From Mycobacterium sp. (lineage in GTDB: Bacteria; Actinomycetota; Actinomycetes; Mycobacteriales; Mycobacteriaceae): DNA of 64,000 bases. The stretch is taken from contig NZ_CBDIBT010000012.1 in assembly GCF_965277065.1 (NCBI RefSeq), positions 132 through 64,131 of the forward strand, given 5' to 3'. Below, piece by piece: positions 57,589 through 64,000 of this stretch (position 1 is its first letter; every line of letters begins with the position of its first letter). The translations under genes and the position numbers were made by a program. The notes under the pieces were generated by a model. That model searched no databases, was not told the DNA's origin, and was given only the letters and a program-made list of their open reading frames with translations.

Positions 57589-58060
57589 ATGCCAAAACAC
57601 ACCGCAGCCAACCCGCTCAGTCTCCTCACCCACCGCGGCCAGGTTGACTACGGCTGGCACCCGGATCTGCCTGGCGCTAGCGACCATTTCTACTGAGCCC
57701 CAATGGTGCAGGCTTTGCCTGCATCCGTCGATCTGCGCGCCATTTGCGCTGCGGTCTATGATCAAGGCCAGCTGGGGAGCTGCACCGCCAACGCTATCGC
57801 GGCAGCCCTCGAGTTCGATCGCAAGAGAGCTTGACCGATTTCGGTGCCGCCTCTTCATCTATTACAAACGAGCGCACAATTGGCAGTCACAACATGCGAG
57901 GTGGCGTCGACCGATCCGTCGCCGCACCGACACGCAGCCGTTTCATCGACGCGGCCCGCGAAGGCGCTGAGGCTGTTCACCGAGGACCTTCGTCCATTAC
58001 CTGCACCAGCGGACTCTCTGCGCGCGGATGCCGCCGCGCATTTAATCGAAGCGGACCGAA
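57589..58060 (+). pseudogene. papain-like (C1 family) cysteine peptidase relic
   Basis: Reads ..VDYGWHPDLPGASDHFY*APMVQALPASVDLRAICAAVYDQGQLGSCTANAIAAALEFDRKRA*. The Q..GSC active-site block is flanked by in-frame TGAs. The expected continuation RLFIYY / NERTIGSHN is split over two other frames (extra A in TACAAACGAG). It is truncated near 58040-58060, so the end is approximate. Confidence 0.6.
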
Positions 58061-58452
58061 CCTATCTTTTTGATCTGTCCGGCCGCCGGACCCAGCGTCA
58101 CCAGCATGTCCACGAAATGGGCGTTGCCGTTGTCTGCATTTTGGAAGTCGAGCGGGGCGAAGCCGACCAGCCGGTCGCAGTTTGTGTCGTCATCGTGGCA
58201 CTGGTTGAACTTCTTGTTGGTCACCCGATAATTGAGGGGTCCGCCCCAGGTGGCTGAACCTGACTCGGCATAAAATTGGGCGAATCGGTTCACGTCGTAC
58301 AACTGAACGTTCCAAAGTCTGAAGGTCTGACCGGGCTGGATGGCCCACCACCCTTGCTTGCGGAACGGGTGCGGGCCGCCGCAGGCCTTATCACCGTAAT
58401 CGAATGCGAGCCAAATGGGTTTGTTGTAATGATTCAAGACGTTGAGCGCCAC
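58042..58452 (-). CDS. DUF1036-like hypothetical protein
   Basis: 136 aa. ..KPIWLAFDYGDKACGGPHPFRKQGWWAIQPGQTF.. resembles the GW..GWW.I.PG core I associate with DUF1036. No signal peptide. Confidence 0.4.
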   Translation of the reverse strand: MALNVLNHYNKPIWLAFDYGDKACGGPHPFRKQGWWAIQPGQTFRLWNVQLYDVNRFAQFYAESGSATWGGPLNYRVTNKKFNQCHDDDTNCDRLVGFAPLDFQNADNGNAHFVDMLVTLGPAAGQIKKIGSVRFD

Positions 58453-58477
58453 GATGGTCCCGTCTGTACCCGGTCAG

Positions 58478-58660
58478 TCACGAATTGTCGTCGGCGTCGC
58501 TGCCGGACACGCTGGCGGGTGCCTCGTCTTCGGTGAACGGCGTATCCCGTTCATAGTCTTCGCCTTCCGGCGCCGTCGCAGCCTGTTCAAGTGCCGTATC
58601 GCCGTCAGGAGGTAGCTCGCCGAGCGCCCCGTGGGCCGGTGAAGGCTTCGGTGTTGGCAT
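58478..58660 (-). CDS. 60-aa highly acidic small ORF
   Basis: MPTPKPSP..EGEDYERDTPFTEDEAPASVSGSDADDNS. It ends 25 nt upstream of the DUF1036-like gene. Coding status is uncertain. Confidence 0.25.
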   Translation of the reverse strand: MPTPKPSPAHGALGELPPDGDTALEQAATAPEGEDYERDTPFTEDEAPASVSGSDADDNS

Positions 58661-59050
58661 TTCACGGTCCGTTCGCGATGGGGGCTAAAAGACGGATTAA
58701 TGCTGGCACGTCTGTGCCACGCCCGCTGGGAATTGGCCTTTTTGTTGGGGATTCGGTGCACTGATCTGCTGCGGGAGTAGCCGACGGTCTTCCGCGGATC
58801 GGGCAGCGTCGTGGGGCAGCCAGGATGCAGCAAACCATTCATGCCCTTGTGCCAAAAAAATAACCTTGTTTGCTTCGCACACGACATCATGGAAGTGCGC
58901 TGAAAGAGCGCTGGCGTTTGCGCTGTGGGCCGCCGAGTCGGCTCGTCGGATGCGCCGCTCTGGACCGCCCCGAGCGTGTCTTGCCGATTGGCGATTATGC
59001 GGGTCGATGTCACCACCCGCGCACTGAACAATTTCTCGGCGCCGCTGTCG

Positions 59051-59689
59051 CTAGATCAATGCCGCGCGCCCAATGGCGATCGGGCGGTAGGAATACTCGG
59101 CGTCAGCTGGGGGCGCAAAGAGGTAAGCGATCGGACGACCGTCGCCGTCGACCCGCGCATGAATGAACCCCGAGCCGACGCCAGTCGTTCCCGTCGGTGA
59201 GGGCTGCCCACCGGGCATTCGGGTGTCGTCAAAATGCGCCGCGGCGGCCGAGTCGTAGATGCGTACCTTGAAGAATTCGCCGCTACCATCGAGCGTCGGG
59301 GGTTCGGCGAGGAGCATGACGTGGCCGGTGTCTTCATGGGTCCGGATGGTGGGGAAACGCCACGCCATGACGTCACCGCGACGGGCGTCTGACAGCCTGT
59401 CGACTCTGCCCCAGTCGCCAGACGATTGAGGTGAAAGTGACGCGAAAAAGTTGAAGTACTCGAAGGCACGAGGCCGTGTGCGGCCATCTTCCTTTGGCAC
59501 TAACGCGTAGTGCTGAGGCGCCGCGTTCTTCAGGATGTAACCGACGAAGCCGTTGCAATCGCAATCATAAACGCCGGTGCTGGGATCGATCTTGTCGACG
59601 TGTTGATAATAAGTGTGGGTGTGCCCGTCGACAATGGACTCGGCCATCGAGGCCATGTTTTCAGGCAAGGGCATAGTCGCGATTCCCAA
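59051..59689 (-). CDS. hypothetical protein with a possible papain-fold (NlpC/P60-like) Cys/His pair
   Basis: 212 aa. ..VYDCDCNGFVGYIL.. (Cys in a DCxGFV-like context) and ..TGHVMLLAE.. (His) are spaced ~85 aa apart. This is weak, motif-only evidence. Confidence 0.35.
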   Translation of the reverse strand: MGIATMPLPENMASMAESIVDGHTHTYYQHVDKIDPSTGVYDCDCNGFVGYILKNAAPQHYALVPKEDGRTRPRAFEYFNFFASLSPQSSGDWGRVDRLSDARRGDVMAWRFPTIRTHEDTGHVMLLAEPPTLDGSGEFFKVRIYDSAAAAHFDDTRMPGGQPSPTGTTGVGSGFIHARVDGDGRPIAYLFAPPADAEYSYRPIAIGRAALI

Positions 59690-60094
59690 TCTCTTCCGAT
59701 GCGGTTTGGCAATACATTAATCCCGAGCATTTGATCGAACCCTGTTAGCCGCAAGGACCCAGCCCGAGCGCTTGCCAGACAGCAAATGTCACGAAAACAG
59801 CGCGTCCGAAAGCAACGGCGCCGCTGCGTGTGATTCGCCGTGAATAACGCTGCTCCAGGCTGGCCTGCCGCCCCATTCGGCGCGGACTATGCGCCTGCCG
59901 CTGTAACGCAGTCATGCTTCATTTACCTTCTCGCGGAACGACTTCGGACCTTGTCATGCCCTTTACGGCATTGCGCCGTGTGCGCGACCGGCGGGTTCCG
60001 ATTCAGGAAGTCCAGCTGATTCCAGATCAGCCCACCTATCCTTGCGGCCCGGGTTGCGAGAGAATCAGAATCAACACGATGAGAGGCGGCAGCG

Positions 60095-61591
60095 ATGGCT
60101 GGGCTGGAGTCAATTGACCACGTGATCGTCCTCATGCTCGAGAACCGTTCCTTCGACCACTTACTCGGCTATCTCTACCCCAAATCCGGCGACTTCGACG
60201 GACTCGACGGTACCGAGTCCAACCGCGACCCCGCCGGCACCGCAGTCTCCGTTCACCCGATTACTCCGGAGAACCAGAATGCCTACTACTACCCGTTGGC
60301 GAACCCCACCGAAGGATTCAAGGCGACCAACGAACAGCTGTTTAGTTCCGCCTCTGCCCCCGCCGACGGGAAAGCAGACAACGACGGCTTCGTCACCAGC
60401 TTCGCCTCCGAGATCGCCAATCCTTCACATCCGCTCGACCCCAAACTCGTCGGTGTCGAACCTTCTTCGATTATGGGCATGTATTCGCCCCAGACGCTGC
60501 CCGTACTCTGCGGGCTGGCCAAGGGCTTTGCCGTTTGTGACCGCTGGTTCGCATCGGTTCCGACGCAGACCTTTCCCAACCGGGCCTTCGCGGTCGCCGG
60601 CACGTCGCTGGGCTACACCGACAACTCAGCCCATGGCGTGCCGGCGTTCAACACGCCGTCGGTGTTCGGGAAACTCGCCGACGCCGGCCAGACTTGGACG
60701 ATCTACGGCTACTCCAAACGCCCCCTGACGGCCAACGACTTTCCCGATACCGTCCACCCCGGTCCCGGGTGCACGGTGCAGGCGGGGTTCGACAAATTTC
60801 AGCGTGACGCGACCAGCGGGCAGTTGGCAGCCTTGAGCTACATCGAGCCCGAATGGGCCACCTATCCCCGCCGCCACGGCCCTCCGAGCAACGACCACAA
60901 CTTTCAAGTGCAGAACGACCAGCATCCGGTCTCGAATCTGGCCGTGGGCGAGAAATTCATCTACGACGTTTACGCGGCGCTGCGCAGCAACCAGGCTGTC
61001 TGGGAGAAGAGCTTGCTCATCATCACCTACGACGAACACGGCGGGAACTACGATCACGTGCCTCCCGCAACCGGTGCCACCCCACCCGACGACATCATCG
61101 GGGCATCAGGATTCGACTTCACCCGCTTCGGAGTCCGGGTGCCAGCGGTCATCGTCTCCCCGTTAATTCCCGCCGGAACCGTCGTGCGGGCCCCCGTCGG
61201 GAGCCCACCCTACGACCACACGTCGATCATCGCGACTCTGCGAGCCCGTTTCAATCTGGGCACGCTCGGCAAGCGGGACGCCGTCGCCCCGCACCTCGGG
61301 CCCGTCCTCACCCTGCCCGAGCCTCGCACCGACGACCCACTGGAGGGTGTCACTCCGCCCACTGCGGCGGATCCCGTCCTGCAGCCCGGGTCCGCGCCGA
61401 TTGGTGAGGCGCCCAGTTCGTTCCTCGAGGCGAAGGCCATCGCCGCGGCCAAGCTGCCGGTTCCCTCCCAACCGATCGAAAACCCCGAGCTGACGGTTGC
61501 CACACTGTGCACCGCGGCCCAGCAAGATGCCTTCATTCAGGATCGGCTGCAGGCCTGGGAAGCGGCCGGCAAGCCACTCACCAACATATGA
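60095..61591 (+). CDS. phosphoesterase-family protein (phospholipase C / AcpA-like), no signal peptide
   Basis: [21 protein letters not shown] at the N-terminus and [17 protein letters not shown] later are the two hallmark blocks of the phosphoesterase (PLC/acid phosphatase) family. No Tat or Sec leader is visible. Confidence 0.75.
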   Translation: MAGLESIDHVIVLMLENRSFDHLLGYLYPKSGDFDGLDGTESNRDPAGTAVSVHPITPENQNAYYYPLANPTEGFKATNEQLFSSASAPADGKADNDGFVTSFASEIANPSHPLDPKLVGVEPSSIMGMYSPQTLPVLCGLAKGFAVCDRWFASVPTQTFPNRAFAVAGTSLGYTDNSAHGVPAFNTPSVFGKLADAGQTWTIYGYSKRPLTANDFPDTVHPGPGCTVQAGFDKFQRDATSGQLAALSYIEPEWATYPRRHGPPSNDHNFQVQNDQHPVSNLAVGEKFIYDVYAALRSNQAVWEKSLLIITYDEHGGNYDHVPPATGATPPDDIIGASGFDFTRFGVRVPAVIVSPLIPAGTVVRAPVGSPPYDHTSIIATLRARFNLGTLGKRDAVAPHLGPVLTLPEPRTDDPLEGVTPPTAADPVLQPGSAPIGEAPSSFLEAKAIAAAKLPVPSQPIENPELTVATLCTAAQQDAFIQDRLQAWEAAGKPLTNI

Positions 61592-61666
61592 CCCGCGCCT
61601 CGGGGACGGTCGTGCGAACTGCCGTTGAGCGTCAGGCCTATCGATCGACACCAGGGCGACCTACGG

Positions 61667-61972
61667 TCAAACGGCCGGGGCCGGAAGCGCCCGCGCGGTC
61701 AGGGCTGCAAGCAATGGCCTGACCGCGTCGGGAATTTCTGGTTCTTGCCAGCGGCAGGTGCGGGTGCGGGTGCCGTCAGTGAGGGTCAGCTCGTAGCTGA
61801 ACGCGTCGGGCATCGCGGCTGCACGATCCTGCACGCCCGGCGTGTCGGCCAGGAGATCAGCGATGATCGTGCCATCCTCGGACGGCAAATCGCCGCTGTC
61901 GACACTGGCCGTCATGTCGATGCCGGCCAGTCCGCCAGATCTCCGGTAGTCGATGTGTACCGGAGCTGACAT
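61667..61972 (-). CDS. emfourin-like protealysin inhibitor
   Basis: ATG at 61972. MSAPVHIDYRRSGGLAGIDMTASVDSGDLPSEDG..PDAFSYELTLTDG..IPDAVRPLL, ~100 aa. It lies 26 nt downstream of an M4 protease, which is the arrangement described for protealysin/emfourin. Confidence 0.6.
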   Translation of the reverse strand: MSAPVHIDYRRSGGLAGIDMTASVDSGDLPSEDGTIIADLLADTPGVQDRAAAMPDAFSYELTLTDGTRTRTCRWQEPEIPDAVRPLLAALTARALPAPAV

Positions 61973-61998
61973 GCTGCCAGGATAGACCGGTTCGCCAA

Positions 61999-63051
61999 TC
62001 AGCGAACCGGGACCTTGACCGCCTCCCACCCCGCACTGACCGCGTCGGCTTCGGCGCTAGTGCTTCCATACCGTATACGCGCCTGGTTGAGAGTTATGGC
62101 GGCGAACGAGGCGAACGTAGCGTTGGGCAGCAGGCGTGGATTGGTCAAAGTGTCGTACCAAATGGTGCCCGCTGCCTTCCATGCCGGGCCGCCGAGTTTG
62201 TCGGCGATGACGTAAAAAGCGCGGTTGGGAATTCCGGAGTTAATGTGAACGCCGCCGTTATCGGAAGTGGTCTGCAGGTAATGATCCATGTCGGCGGGCT
62301 GATTGTCGTGTGCGTGGGCGGTGCCAGGCGCTTTCATCGATCGCAGCGCCGGCTCCAGCAACGGTCCGACGATGTCGGCGCCGACCAGCCAGTCAGCTTG
62401 CGCAGCGGTTTGGTTTAGGTGGAATTGCTTGACCAGGGATCCGAAAACATCGGAGATGGATTCGTTCAGAGCACCGGACTGTCCGGAATAAACGAGATTC
62501 GCCGTGTGCTGGGTGACCCCGTGGGTTAATTCGTGTCCGATGACATCGAGGCCTTTGGTGGTGTCGGTGAGGAGCCGTCCGTCGCCGTCACCGAAAAACA
62601 TCTGACCTTGGCCGTCCCAGAACGCGTTGTCGTAGTCGGTGGCGAAGTGGACCAGACCGTTGATCGGCATGCCTTGCGCGTCGATTGAGTCGCGCGCGAA
62701 CACCTCCCAATAGAACTTGTAGGTAATACCGAAATTGTCGTAGGCAGCGTTCACCGAATCATCAGCGGCTTCGGGGTCGCCCTCTGAGCGCGCCAGCGTC
62801 CCCGGAACTCGTTCCGGCGAGTGTGTCTGATCATAAATCGATCGGTGAGGTGTGCCGCCCAGCGGTGCGGCCAGCAGCGCCGAAGGCGCAATCGCGCCTC
62901 GCCGGCCGGCCACTTCCGCGCGACCTTGGCGGAAAGTCTGATCGAGTTCGATCGTGCCCAAAATCGCCGCCAAATCCTCGGACGTCGCATCTCGCGCTAC
63001 CGACAGCAGCACGTCGGGGGAGAGAATGCAGCCCAGCGGGTTTCGTGTCAT
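61999..63051 (-). CDS. M4 (thermolysin-like, protealysin-type) zinc metallopeptidase
   Basis: VIGHELTHGVTQHTANLVYSGQSGALNESISDVFG (HEXXH..NEXXSD). Short propeptide with MTRNPLGCILSPDVLL, typical of protealysin-like enzymes lacking a signal peptide. An alternative start lies at 63099. Confidence 0.85.
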   Translation of the reverse strand: MTRNPLGCILSPDVLLSVARDATSEDLAAILGTIELDQTFRQGRAEVAGRRGAIAPSALLAAPLGGTPHRSIYDQTHSPERVPGTLARSEGDPEAADDSVNAAYDNFGITYKFYWEVFARDSIDAQGMPINGLVHFATDYDNAFWDGQGQMFFGDGDGRLLTDTTKGLDVIGHELTHGVTQHTANLVYSGQSGALNESISDVFGSLVKQFHLNQTAAQADWLVGADIVGPLLEPALRSMKAPGTAHAHDNQPADMDHYLQTTSDNGGVHINSGIPNRAFYVIADKLGGPAWKAAGTIWYDTLTNPRLLPNATFASFAAITLNQARIRYGSTSAEADAVSAGWEAVKVPVR

Positions 63052-63635
63052 GACATGTTCTCCGTTTCTTGTCCGTCGTGAATCATTGATCAAATTCATG
63101 GTGAAGCGTTCATCATCAGTACATCGCGGCCACGCGTATGGAGGCGCTTATTTGAGTTGGTCAGTCGGTATCCTCTCAACCTGGCAAATGAAAAATGTCG
63201 GCCGGAAAGGCATCGTCGGGGATGAACGCTACACGGACGCGTGAATTTCGACGAGAGTAGTCCACTACTCGATGTCATCGATTCATTCACGACTTACTTA
63301 GTTATCCGAAGTCAAATAGAACCCATTGAATATTCATACGATCTCGGCCCCGACCATCTGTGCTCTGGTGATAAGTAGTGTTCGATGGGGGCCGCCGTGA
63401 TGGGGCTGGGGTCAGCCGGGCGGTGGGGGAGCCACCCCGTGTAGCCGGACTGTGTGAGGTTCGGCAATTCGACCGCCGGTTCCCCGGGCTCAGCCGTTGA
63501 TGTGCGCGCGGCAGAAGCGCTCTAGGTCGACGATGAGACCGCCAAACAGCCGCCCGCGGCGGTCACAACGGGTTTCGCATGCGTCGATTTCGCACGCGCG
63601 CCCTTCACGAAGGCACATGCCACAGAAGACCGTTG

Positions 63636-63989
63636 TCAGCAGTGGGCGCCGTTGATGCGTGCGCTGGCGATCGAACCGTACAGTGTCGCCGGAAAGTTGA
63701 ACATGGCGCTCCAGTTCGACTCGGCGCCCTGCGGACAGGTCGGGCTGACCAGCTTGCCGCTGGTGAACAGAACGGTTCCGTTGCTGCCGATCAGCGAGAC
63801 TCCGTTGCGAATCACCCATGCGTCGTCGTCGCCGCTCGATCCGATGGACGCATTGAAATACGCGGTCCCGTTGGCTTCGATGACAAGGTTGATGCCCTCC
63901 ATCGTGCAGTCGCCGACTCGTATCGCGTTTCGCCAGGACAGTGTTTTCTGCGCCACACGGGCGCGGGCTGACTCCGCGAGGGGGGCCAT
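63636..63989 (-). CDS. hypothetical beta-rich protein
   Basis: 117-aa ORF (..GINLVIEANGTAYFNASIGSSGDDDAWVIRNGVSLIGSNGTVLFTSG..). No motif recognised. It is close to the window edge. Confidence 0.35.
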   Translation of the reverse strand: MAPLAESARARVAQKTLSWRNAIRVGDCTMEGINLVIEANGTAYFNASIGSSGDDDAWVIRNGVSLIGSNGTVLFTSGKLVSPTCPQGAESNWSAMFNFPATLYGSIASARINGAHC

Positions 63990-64000
63990 TTCGCTTTCGG

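Noticed and set aside
63490-63635. Short Cys-rich peptide-like reading frame (..MCLREGRACEIDACETRCDRRGRLFGG..) downstream of the 117-aa gene
   Set aside because: It is part of a longer junk-like ORF (63490..63819), has no RBS that I could see, and the composition is compatible with chance in GC-rich DNA.
1-64000. CRISPR arrays, rRNA genes, intact insertion sequences
   Set aside because: No regularly spaced direct repeats, no rRNA-like conserved stretches, and no transposase-like ORFs were seen on either strand.

Overview
This window is a high-GC actinobacterial accessory region. It looks mycobacterium-like, inferred from a PknH-type sensor kinase, a Pro-rich DUF4333-like protein, RES-Xre and zeta/Phd TA modules, and the codon style. 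All domain calls were made by eye from motifs, with no searches run.

Layout:
- 0.3-9 kb: PknH-like Ser/Thr kinase, a broken zinc metallopeptidase, a broken lipoprotein, and a Phd/zeta TA pair.
- 9.4-16.7 kb: an island-like block holding a degenerate tRNA-Lys-like element, a RES-Xre TA pair, an operon of small acidic protein + Rad50/SMC-like ATPase + Hanks-type kinase, and a tyrosine recombinase killed by a nonsense codon.
- 17-21.3 kb: a Cys/His-repeat pseudogene, then a winged-helix-S8 protease + alpha/beta-hydrolase pair.
- 21.5-23.7 kb: glgX.
- 23.9-32.2 kb: a two-HKD PLD protein, a ParB/Srx-like protein, a 5-repeat propeller-like protein, and two tandem WD40 paralogs.
- 33.2-54.8 kb: an IclR regulator followed by a ~19.5-kb contractile-injection-system (phage-tail-like) cluster. 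It has no head, packaging or lysis genes, no recognisable AAA+ ATPase, two giant ORFs at the tape-measure/cargo position, and a lectin/propeller-fused baseplate protein.
- 55-64 kb: an AT-richer, decayed patch, a phosphoesterase, and a protealysin-like M4 protease with its emfourin-like inhibitor.

At least six genes carry visible inactivating lesions. No rRNA, CRISPR array or intact IS element was seen.
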